From Felis catus (taxonomy: Eukaryota), in assembly GCF_018350175.1 (NCBI RefSeq), contig NC_058368.1:18850001-18914000 (forward strand): a stretch of DNA of 64,000 bases, read 5' to 3'. Below are positions 51,827-62,620 of the stretch, piece after piece (the stretch's first letter is position 1; every line of letters starts with the position of its first letter). A program made the translations under genes and the position numbers. The notes below the pieces were generated by a model. It was not told the origin of the DNA. It saw only the letters and a list, made by a program, of their open reading frames with translations, and searched no databases.

Positions 51827-53734
51827 AAAAGGAAAACTACTATGGGGGCTGGGGAGGAACTGAGGAGGCAAAGTTAAATGCCTCTGGGCCTCAAATAACT
51901 ATTTGAGAGATACCGAAAAGATCTTTATCTTCCCACATAATCCAAGCTGGTTCTCATCTTCCTCCTTCCTCCATTAGACCTTCTCTCTTGGCTAGAACCC
52001 AAACAAGACTCAGAGGGTTAATCATGCTCTTCGAGACTTTCCTACTGCAGTTATAAAATAAATGCAGCCACGGAGGTCCCCTCCCCTTCCTGATGTCAGG
52101 TTTGCTTAGCTCCTTTCAAACTGTTAACTCAGCAAACCAGTAACAGGAGGCCTCTCACCAGCCACGCGAAAGCAGTTCTAGAACAACTTCAGGATCAGGG
52201 TTGTAAAGACAAAAACATTTTTTTCCAACTCTGCTGCATATCGAATCTCTAATATAAGAGATTCACAAAACCATGACCCATTTTCCAGATCTGCGAGGAA
52301 TGGCGATTGAGAAAAATCTATTTATCCAAGAAATGTGTTTAATCACACAAAAAGAAAATGGGCCACACTCTCTTCCCACCCTCTTTCACATAACAGCACT
52401 GCTTTACTCAGGGGAGTTAAGCAGCAGCTCCACACCCTTCAAGGTCACAGGATTTAGCATGAGGGTCACTTCTGTAACTTAAGACCAATATCATCTAGGG
52501 CGAAAAGTTAATCAAGGCAGAGTAAGATTTTGTTAGGTCTCAAGGATCCACATTAGAGATGCTGGAACCAGGTCACACTCAAAAAGGTGGCAGTCTTGAG
52601 ACTTCATGTCTTTGCCCAGCAGCAGTGTGTAAGAGGAGCGTGGGTCGTCAGAGGTAACAGCACATCCCAGGTCACAGGTGCTGCAGTGCAGACCAATGCA
52701 GCACAGGCTTTAGAAGTGTCTCTTCTGAGAAGACACATGTGCCACCCACCAGCCCTAAGAATTGAAGAACCCATGTGACGTCGTGTCCACAGGGGACAGG
52801 CTACCTTAGAAAAAATGACCTGTCCTCCCACAGATTTACAAATTGACTCTGCCTCTCCTCCCAGGAGATAAGCCTAGGAATAAGCCTACACTTCTCCCCT
52901 TCAAAATCAGACTAAGATAAGACATAAGTCATCGGATGAAGATGTTTTACATATCTCTCTAAAGACGGAATGAAAAGACCAAAGATGAGCGGCAATTCTG
53001 AACCTCACTGGATCCACAAACGTTAACAGTGGGAAAAAATCAGACTGGCCAATTACATACTGTTTCCTAGTGCTTCTGATCACTAGCAATCACACAAGCA
53101 TGATCTCCTGGTGTGCTGTGAAAACTACTTTGTCCATGTGTTAGGTAACTTACAAATTTAGTAATTCCTCCAAGTGAGCTCTTTCTTCATCTGTTTTTGT
53201 TTCCCTGTCCCTCGCTCCCCAAAGTAAGGCACCTTCTAAATGATACCGTCTGCTACCATAAATATGTACATACTAGCAAAATAGCTTTCTACATTTCTCC
53301 AACACTTGTTATTTCTAACATGGCCAATAAGCTTAAAGATCTGTATCTGTGCCTTTTTGCTATGCCACAGTACAGTTTCTATTACATAAATCTTTTGGTT
53401 CTCCATGAGCTAGCCAGGCTCACTCACAAGTATTTGGAATGCATTCAGTTATATATCGGCCTGACATCAGTTTTGGGTTTAGCCTATCCAGATTTAACTT
53501 CCTCTGGATCCACTGAACAATCTCATTATAACATTCATTCCTATACAAGGTTAGTGAGTAAAGACAAACTACAATGAGAAAGCTATCGAGGATTTCTAGG
53601 ATTTAGCTAATACAATATTAGAAGTGACATTTAAATCTGAAAGCATCTTTTTAAGCCAATATAAATTTTCTTCCTGATTGCCCTAAGTATATTTTGAGAT
53701 TGCTAACTCCAACTTTAGAATTTCTCTTTTTTCA

Positions 53735-53830
53735 GGGAAACCTAATGCACTTTTGGTGCAAATGTAAACTGGTGCAGCCATTATGGAAAATGGTATAAAG
53801 TTCTTCAAAATATTTCAAATAATGATCTAA
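53735..53830 (+). mobile_element. L1 fragment
   Basis: aatgtaaactggtgcagccattatggaaaatggtataaagttcttcaaaa. Confidence 0.75.
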
Positions 53831-53938
53831 AAAAAAAAAGGAATTTCTGTTTTTTCAAAAACACAAGAATTATGCTCAACAATGACCCTTCTTTATTTAA
53901 ATCACTCTGCTCCCAAAACAGGACAGTATGAAGGTTAG

Positions 53939-54068
53939 GTTTTGTTGTTTATTTGTCTTTTTAAGTAAACTCTACCCCCAAGGTGAGGCTCAAATTCACC
54001 AGAATTCACCACCCAGAGATCAGAGATCAAGAGTTGCATGCTCCATCCACGGCCCATCCTGGTGCCCC
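53939..54068 (-). mobile_element. Short Can-SINE with internal micro-duplications
   Basis: TSD tgaaggttag at 53929-53938 and 54069-54078; internal aattcacc x2 and agagatc x2. Confidence 0.88.
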
Positions 54069-54539
54069 TGAAGGTTAGTTTTAAGGAACAGACCAAGCAA
54101 AAAGCTAAATATTTTGGAAATACCTACTCTTCATGTTAAGTCAATTATGTAATATGTGCCATGTTCCATTATCAAATTCTGCATGTAAATTTTAAACCCA
54201 ATGCAGTACACTGGCTTTACTTGCATTCCATGGGTTTCTATATTCACAGGAACATTTCTACAAAATTGAATTTTTAAAACTAAAAATGTGACCCTATTTT
54301 AATAGCTTCTTATATTATAAAAACATAATTTCATAGAAAAATTTGTTCTAATACATATAAAGTTCAATTTCCATCTGACGATATTCTACCCTATACTTTT
54401 TAAACTTCCTGTGTGTCATATAGCCATTACTCAGAGAAACTGATGCTTCCCTTATTTTCACGCCTTTATAAATGCCAGTTCATCATTTTGAAAATCAACT
54501 TAAAGAATTATCTGATGTATAGAAAAGTGGATATGCCAA

Positions 54540-54670
54540 TGGATAGTTACTTGATAAAACCAAGTATAATAAAATGATAGTAAGTAGAAACTAGATGGCA
54601 GGTATACAGATGTTCAATGTAGAATTCTTTCAACTTTGCTGAACATTTGAAAATTTTATAATGAAATCTT
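54540..54670 (+). mobile_element. L1ME-like 3' end
   Basis: gtagaaactagatggcaggtatacagatgttca...aattctttcaactttgct...tttgaaaattttataat. Confidence 0.7.
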
Positions 54671-55139
54671 GGGAGACTAACATCCCATTTGCAAGGTCCA
54701 CCTCAATAGCCAACACAGAACTCCATTTTTCTCAAAGACACTTAACCCTCTCTACTGTGGACTAACTACACTGATTTATGTGCCATACCTAACCTGCCTA
54801 CAGGATCACATTCGAATCATTTTTCTATCGTTCAGATACATCTAATATGACATCTTGTATACAATAATTATTCAACAAATAGAAAAAAATTAATAAAAAT
54901 ACCATGACCATCTGTGGAAAATAATCATTGTTCTTTAGTAATACTAATAAAAACATTATCACATTTTGAACACACATAAAGCTGAAATATAAAAGACCCC
55001 ATGGTTCAAGAAAAAATTTCTTCCCAACCACATATTTACTATATAATGGACATGATATAACATGCAGACATTAAAGTCAAATTACAATATACAGCAACAT
55101 GAATTAAGAAATCACCAGACATTCACTAAGAGAAGGCAA

Positions 55140-55860
55140 AAATGCCTTCAGGCAGGAACCAAGACTGGAAGTTGGTGGAAAGGACATGAGCTTTGCAGAC
55201 TAAGCAAAATTTTCAGAACTTGCAGTAGAGGCACAAGATGATCCAAGTGCTGGGGACAGGATGGTCTGGACCTGAGATAAGAGGCCTAACCTAGGGGAAT
55301 GAGTGGAGGTCGTGAAAAGAATGTCTCAAGAGACTGAGACAGAAGAGCTGACAGACTTGGGGGCACCAAAAAGCATGAGAAGAATATGCTGAAAAGGGCA
55401 TCCAAGCCTGAAAACTAGGGAAAAGGTTAACCAGACTATTAACCAAATCAGGGAACTCAAGATGGGAACCTTATCTGAGACTAAGAGGAAATACGGCGTG
55501 CTTGGGTTTAGACATGTTCAATTTGAGGTGAAAGTGGGACATTTATGGACTTTAAAGTAACTGGAGACACAGGACAATAGATGGAGTAAGTTACCTAGGA
55601 AAGAGCCAGAGAAAAAGTCCACAACTAGTCCTGAGGTTATCTTTAGGATTGAGCACAGAAGAAAAAAATGAATGAACCAACTGGAGAAGAAAGCAGTATG
55701 AAAGTGGGGGAGGGATGAAGACAGTCCAATGTAACCCAGTCTCCAATAAAGGGATTTCTACAGAGGGGGTGGTCAACGGAAAACTGAGAAAATGGAAGGC
55801 TGAGACACTCCCCTGCCAGCCTTGGTGAACTCTGACCATAAAGACTACAAGCTCGAGCAA
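55140..55860 (-). mobile_element. L2 fragment
   Basis: agaagagctgacagacttgg...gggtttagacatgttcaatttgaggtg...ggggtggtcaac. Confidence 0.7.
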
Positions 55861-57223
55861 TCATGAGAAACCAAAATTTGGGGGTATAGAAGCTCATCAC
55901 ACAGTCCCAACTCGTTTGTTTTGGGTTTTTTTTGTAATAAATATGGCCTGAAATAAAGGACACATATTGAATGTATGTCCTTATTTAATATTAATAATGC
56001 ATCAAGGTGAAAATTCACCAAATAATAAACTGGAAAGGGATTGCAGATTTAGCTTTCTAATCTTATTTGGCACAATATCAAAAATAGTTTGCTTTTTTTT
56101 TTTTTAACAGCTTATGTCAAAGCTACATGAGGATGAATGAAAAAGAGGGAAGAAAAAAAAAAAAAAGGGAAAGCAGCCCCAAAGCTTTCCAAGTGGCAAG
56201 AATAATTCAAACCAAGCCTCAATATTTGCAGTGCTTAACCCACAAATTTATAAACCATAGGTAGACAGAGTGGAGTGGGATGCCAATAGGAGGGTGGATG
56301 TTAAAAACTGAACCATATGAAATCACTAATGTACAAAAATCCATTTTCTTGTTTCATATGTTCCTTAGAAGACCACAAATAACAAGCAGTAATTTTCTGC
56401 GAAGAATTTATGTGCCACTGAGTTCTGTTAGTCTTAATCAAGAATTAGCAAAAAGGGACAATTCTTCCAGGCTTCAGTACACTTATACACAGCATATCCA
56501 CTGGAACACAAACCGTCACCCCTCAGACACCAAAAGAAACACTTTCTCAAGTTCATCCAATCCTGTTTGACAACTGAGGAGCAGCCCATACCAACTTCAG
56601 AATTTTGTACACACCAAGAAAAGGTGGTTATCTAACCCAAGGAAGGTCCCAGGGGATTGGGGCAAAGGCAAGTCTCTGCAAGCTGTTACTAAGAAGGCCG
56701 AGGCAAATGCTGAACTGCAGAGACGCAGGGCTAAATCCACTTTGCTCACTCAATGCTCCAAGGCTCAGTACAACGACAAACTGCTCTAATCACCATGGGG
56801 TTTATCCTGCCTCTCCAAGAGGATTCCAGGAAGCCCCAAAGTTACGGCACACGCAGGGAAAAAAAAAAAAAACAAAAAAAAAAACCCAGCCGATTAAATT
56901 CCCATGATGCCAAGGTACTGGGTAGTTTCCAAGGGCAGAGTGTTCTAGAAAAATGCAAATAATTCAGGCTCTCCAAAGAAATTCCAGGCAAATACAGACA
57001 GCTGCTGTCTTAGAAAAATCATACAGAATTGTAGTTTAGGAGGCTGGATGAAAAGGCACAAGGACAGAGAGAACATGTCCAGCCTGTCAGGGATTCTAAC
57101 TCACCACTGAGTATTCTTTCCCTCCTCCCCAGTTTATATGTCCCCTTAAAAGATTCCCTGTGCAGTCCATGGTATCCTAGCCACATTTGTGTCCACTGCC
57201 AATGTGACAGACTCTCAATAATT

Positions 57224-57242
57224 GGGGGGGGGGGGGGGGGGG
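57224..57242. repeat. Poly-G run (G19)
   Basis: Direct count. Confidence 0.95.
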
Positions 57243-60200
57243 AGAGTTTGTCTCAATGAACTTTAACCTTCTTTAAAATCTACATGAGAATTAAAAATGC
57301 CTTCTTCCCAGTACTCAAATGTTTGCCACCCTAAGAAAATAAAAGCTGAAAAAAGTCAAAAATAGAAGTCACCACTCTCTTCCAAGGATCTGCCACAAAT
57401 CCACAGGTAAAATAAAAATAAAATTCTTATAATTATCAATTAAGGTATTCACACTTGACATCAATTTTGGAATTTCTGAAAAAAAACCATGACAGCCATA
57501 AGACCTGTTACGTCAGTCCCACATACCTTTTTCAGCCTTTAGTAAATATGATATCACACTTGGCTGCATAATTCCCTTACTCATTTTTAATTCTCTTACC
57601 GCATGCTCCCTTCCCCAAACACAGATATTGACATTTTCACCCCACTGTAAAAAAAAGGTTTTCTTTTAAGGTAATTTCAGTAACAATCTAGAAGCTGGCC
57701 CCACCTTTAAAGAGGTCATTCTTTAAATCAAATGTGACTGCAGCAAGAAAGCATCTATCATCCCTGTGCTAGGGACTTTGTGGCTATTTAAATAACTCAC
57801 CTGCAGATTACAAACCCGAATTACAAAATATGAGTTTTTAAACACAAAAAGTAGTACTGTCAGTTCATAAGCCAAATTAAAGAAATGTCATTCCAAAATA
57901 AGGAACATCTGAGATATCTCACTTGTCGAAGCATTCTTTTAACCAAAGTGCTCCAAATAGTGTCAAAACAAAAAACAAGAGTCAACTTAAAACTGCCATT
58001 AAAAAAAAAGAGGGGGGGGGGGAGGGACGGACAGAACCAGAGCTCACAATACTAGTTCCCAAGCTCTAGAAAGCTTTCTATGTGGGAGGGGAAGAAAAAA
58101 AAAAAAGAGGTCATGGAAATGAAGTTTCACTATTTATAAATAGTGTACATGGTTTAAAAGATCCTGGGTTTTCCAAAAGTCTTAGCTTCCACTTTGAGTG
58201 TAACCTTATGATAATTATAGCCGACATTAAAACAACTGTAAAGCACATGTAAGGTACCATCTCCATAAATACAAAATGCGTATCTGACAAATATAACCAG
58301 TGTCTAAGGAACTAGAAGTTTATGAACTCTTTAACAGCTTCTCAACTATTCTGTCCATGAAAACCACTTTCAAATTCTCAGGCAGGCCCCAGAAAGTAAA
58401 GCACAAGCAACTATATTTAATTAAAGAGTCAATCTAATTCCCACCAGTAAATCACAGGAAATATTTAGTTCCAAAGCAGCCTCTCCTGAGTTTTAAAATA
58501 GTTAGGTTTTGGTTGATTTGCATTTTAGGACTCGATTTTTAAAGCTAAAAGTCATAGTAAAATTTCTCCCTTTTACGAACCTTTAAATCAAGGGAGTCTT
58601 CCAAATCTGAAAAACTTGGTTTTAACAAGTAACTCATTTTTATGAAAACTCGAACCAAAAGACTAGTTATGACTTAGAATACTTAAGGCTGTTTCTTTTC
58701 TTCTTAAAATATCCCTTTACTCAAAGTGAAAATGCACTTGCTGTAATCTGACTTCCACCAACGGACTCTCATTACACCTGAAACATTTACTCACTTGAGA
58801 ACGGCAGCCCGCTCCTCCCAGAGCCCCACTTGGTTGCCACTGGGAGCAGTCACTGGGCCTCCAATTTTGAACAGATACCAACGATTCTAATTGCTCTTCG
58901 AGCTCTGAAAAGTGTATTTTTAAAAATAAAATTATAATTGCATTTTGGCAAAAAAAATTAGAACAAAAACCTAATAAAAATGGTTGGGGGGTTGCTTTGG
59001 CCTTAGGATCTTTGTTTTGTTTTGAACTTGAAAGTTTAGGTTGTATTCCTAGTTTAATAAGAATAATCTGATTTAAAGCCATATGAGAGGCAAAACTAAA
59101 AATAATCCCAAACATCGCCTTTCTCCATCTTTGAAGAAAGGCACTCCAGCAAGCTGAAGTAGATTGTATCCATTTCCAAGGACCTAAAAGAATGGTGTAA
59201 GTACACACCGTACTTTGAAAAAGTTTTTTTTTTTTTTTAATGGCAAACGCTTTATAAATAAATAGCTCAAGTAGGGCTGATAGATGAGCAAGTCAGGTCT
59301 TAAATTCAAATGTTAAGTAAAATTGGATTTGGCAGACAATCTTGATTTTGTGACTTAAAAGAATACATATCAAGCTTAAAAGAAAGCACTTTACCTTTCT
59401 GAAACACTTGGTAAAATAACATGTTAACGCCTAGTAATGACATTATTAAGTGGTACGTTTACTCTAAAACACACTTGGGAAAAAATTATATCCTGGCTCC
59501 TTCTCCAGGAACCTCAATACGTTAGGAGTATCTTAACCTTTTTGACACACATTAACCACAGGCATGACAGTGTGTGTAAAACAACCGTGGTGTAACCAAT
59601 TGCGCAGCAAAGATCAATCTTTATTAGGCTGTACAGTCAGGATTAGGGGTGAGGAAGAAGTTCCGAGGAGTGAGGCAGTTCTCCACTAAACTTTCACATC
59701 GATCCCTCCACCTGGGACAGCGAGAAACTGTCAGCTTCAGAAGGCCAAAGGAGAATGCACCCCCGGGAGGCCTCCCCACAGCCTCTCCTCCTCAGAGCCC
59801 CGGGGTCTTCTCAGTCTCCTAGTAGGGAAGTACCTGCCCCCATCCTGCGTCTCTCCGGGTCTCCCTCTCTGAAAGACAAAAAGGACCAGAGGCCCCTCAT
59901 CTACGGTCCTCTCTTGTGGCAGGACGGCCCTACAAACTGCTTTGATGCGCACCTCCACTCCGACTCCCCGAAAACACTTGTCACAAAGCCCCCTGCCTGC
60001 CTCTGGGATCTGTACCTCCACGCTCGGTAACAATGAGGCGGCAAAGTGAGAAAGAAGGTACACACATCCCCAGCTCTGGTCACCCAAGGCAGCCTCCCCA
60101 TGCCTATGCAAAAGCCTCAGACCATGGGCGAGGCCAAGTTTGGGGACACTTCCCTGCGTAGAGAAGTACTGGCCTCGCAGCCCCGCGGCCGGGCCGGGAA

Positions 60201-61085
60201 CCGCGCACCGCCCCAGCGCGCTGGCCCTTTAAAGACGCTCTCTTCCTACGCCTGCGGCCCCTCCCTCGCCGTCGCAGCTCCCGCTCCCGCCTCCGCCCCC
60301 GCCGAGGGTCACACTTGAACTTTAGCTCGCCCGGCGCGGCCCGGCGCCCGCGCTCCGCAGGCGGTGGCCGCCTCTTCGCACGTGTCGGATGCACTACCTC
60401 GGGCTCGTCGCGCCCGACCCCCTGCACTCGAGGCCACTTCGGGTAAAATCAAAACAAAGCAAAATGCACACCGGCCTTCCAAAACTGCGCTGCCAAGGGC
60501 CGACTCGCGACCTGTCCCTTCCACCTACAGATCGGTCCCCCGGCGGCGGGGCCCCGATGAGCTTCCCGGCGCCCTCCTCCGCCCAGTGCGGCGGAAACGG
60601 CTCTTCGGCGCAGCCCAAGACTGGGGGGAACGCGCGTCGCGGCGACGGAGAGGAGCCGCCCTCACCCCCTAAAGGTCCTGGAGTAAAAGAATTGGTGACA
60701 AGAGTCCTCGCCGGCCGTGGGGGAGCAGCTCCCAGTAAACCCCTTCCTCCTTCCACTGGGGGCGAACTTTTCGGCTCGCTCTTATGTCCACTTCTTGCCG
60801 TTACTTTTTTTCACTAATTCCCAAATGAGCCCCTTTTCCCCGTCCCGCTCCAACTCTCACTTGAGCGCGCGCACACACACTTATTCCTGTCCCCCGACAG
60901 GTCCTGGGCAAGCCCACCACTCACATCTCCCACTTCTCGAGCTTTCCCTGCACGCGCTGCCCGCGTGCCCTGCACTTTCAGCCCAAGCAAACTTCCACAG
61001 CCGCCCTCTCCTCTGCCTCACCACGACCTCAGGTGGAGGCAGAGTCCCCGCGCCCCCTCCCAGTCCGGCTGTGCGTCCCGAGGCC

Positions 61086-61091
61086 ACTCAC
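61086..61091 (-). other. FOXO1: 5' splice donor of FOXO1 intron 1
   Basis: The minus strand reads GGCTGGAAG|GTGAGT, a consensus donor at the conserved FOXO intron position after ...AGWK. Confidence 0.97.
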
Positions 61092-61742
61092 CTTCCAGCC
61101 CGCGGAGCTGTTGCTGTCACCCTTATCCTTGAAATAGGGCACGCTCTTGACCATCCACTCGTAGATCTGCGACAGCGTGAGCCGCTTCTCGGCTGAGCTC
61201 TCGATGGCCTTGGTGATGAGGTCGGCATAGGACAGGTTGCCCCACGCGTTGCGGCGGGACGAGCTGCTCTTTCTCGGCTGCCCTGCAAGGGGGCCGGCGG
61301 CGGCTGGGGGCACCGGCGGGTGCTGAGACAGCGGCCCGGGCGGCGGGGGCTGCGGCGGCGCCGGGTGCAAGCAGCCCGCCTCCGGGCCCTGGAAGTCCCC
61401 GCACAGCCCCCCGGTGGCGGCAGCTGCGGCCGCCGCCGCCGCCACCGCTGCCGCCGCCGCTGCGGCCGCCGCCACGGACCCGGGCGCCTGCTGGAAGTCC
61501 CCGCTCTCCTCCAGCAGGCTCAGGTTGCTCATGAAGTCGGCGTTGACAGCGGCCGCCGAGGCCGAGGGCAGGCCCGCGGCGGCGTCGGGGTTCGCTGCCG
61601 CGCCGCCCGACGGCGCCGGGCTGGAGGTGGCCGAGTTGGACTGGCTAAACTCCGGCCTGGGCAGCGGCCAGGTGCACGAGCGCGGCCGGGGCAGCGGCTC
61701 GAAGTCCGGGTCGATCTCCACCACCTGGGGCGCTTCGGCCAT
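61092..61742 (-). CDS. FOXO1: Forkhead box protein O1, coding exon 1 (aa 1-217; partial CDS, exon 2 is beyond the left edge)
   Basis: Translation [30 protein letters not shown]...[61 protein letters not shown] matches the FOXO1 N-terminus, with the Akt motif RPRSCT24 (codon 61671-61673) and the first half of the forkhead domain. Strong Kozak context GTCACCATGG. 651 nt, ending in phase 0 at AAG|GTGAGT. Confidence 0.99.
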
Positions 61743-62140
61743 GGTGACCCCCACCCCTCCCCCAACCGCGGGAGAGCCAAAGGGTCGAGAGCAGCACAGG
61801 GAGCCAAGGGAGAGAGGGCGCGAAGAGCCGGTCCGAGATTTGGGGGGGCGAGGTCGGCGCCTCGAGCCGACGAAAACCGGGAGGAAGGCGCGGCGGAGTA
61901 GTAGCGCGAGCCCAGAACTTAACTTCGCGGGTCCATCAACATCTAGGCTCTTCCAGATTCGCTGCACGGGCAGGACTGCAGGCCAGAGTCGCCGGGTCGG
62001 GCAGCAGTCGGCGCCGAACTCCTGCTGACAGGGCCTGCGGACCGAAGGAGGACGGACGCCGCGGGCCGCTCGCTCTCCCGGCGGCGCGACCGCGGCGCTG
62101 CTGCCTGTTGAATGTGGCGGCGGCGGCGGCTGCTGCAGCG
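61743..62140 (-). other. FOXO1: FOXO1 5' UTR (TSS approximate)
   Basis: GC-rich leader. The minus-strand sequence GCAGCCGCC...GCCACATTCAACAGGCAGCAGCG resembles the 5' end of human FOXO1 mRNA as I recall it. The exact TSS cannot be determined from sequence. Confidence 0.75.
61919..61942 (-). other. Upstream ORF MLMDPRS* in the FOXO1 5' UTR
   Basis: ATG TTG ATG GAC CCG CGA AGT TAA. It contains the only two AUGs in the leader and is out of frame with the main ORF. Confidence 0.7.
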
Positions 62141-62620
62141 ACTACGCTGCCGCCCGACTTACGGGATCTGCCGCCGCCCCCCGCCCGCGGCGGCGCGCGC
62201 GCCGGCCCGCCCCTGACTGACAGCGCACGCGACCAATGAGCGCGCGGCGCCGCCGCCCAGGCAGCCAGTGGTCGCCCGCCTGGGCGGGGGCCGGTTTTCC
62301 ACCCGGGAGGCGGCAGTGGTTTGGTGGGGGGTAGTGGGATGTTTTTCTCTTTCACACACTCTCTCTTTCTCTCTCTCTCTCTCTCTTTTTTTTTTTTTTT
62401 TGGATCTCTGTTATTATTTTCTGGTAATTCTCAAGTATTTCTGTGAGTCTCTCGCCCTCTCAGTGTTTTGATTGCTAGGAGGCAAACCAGCGTGGAGGCG
62501 GCGGCGACACTTTGTTTACTACTGAAGAGCAAAGCCGAGTACTCGAGAAGCTCGAGTGGAACAAGTCGCTCGCTTCTTCGCCTCGACCTCCGCTCGGGGC
62601 TCGAAGTGGGGCGGGGCGGG
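62141..62620 (-). promoter_or_regulatory. FOXO1: TATA-less core/proximal promoter with GC boxes, a CCAAT box and a FOXO element
   Basis: CCAAT at 62233-62237; GC boxes at about 62206-62213, 62282-62287 and 62608-62620; TTGTTTAC (DAF-16/FOXO element) at 62512-62519; no TATA box seen. Confidence 0.75.
62359..62401. repeat. (CT)n-(T)n polypyrimidine tract in the promoter
   Basis: ctctctctttctctctctctctctctc followed by a T run. Confidence 0.9.

Noticed and set aside
57071..57080. p53 half-site GAACATGTCC (AGACATGTTC also occurs at about 2624 and 55510)
   Set aside because: These are isolated half-sites with no adjacent second decamer, as expected by chance.
58717..59208. 163-aa minus-strand ORF in the proximal intron
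   Set aside because: GTG start, no recognisable motif and no exon evidence; the length is plausible by chance.
61029..61967. The 312-aa ORF as a complete single-exon protein
   Set aside because: It starts at a GTG 75 codons before the true AUG and reads through the GTGAGT donor. The residues after AGWK are intronic.
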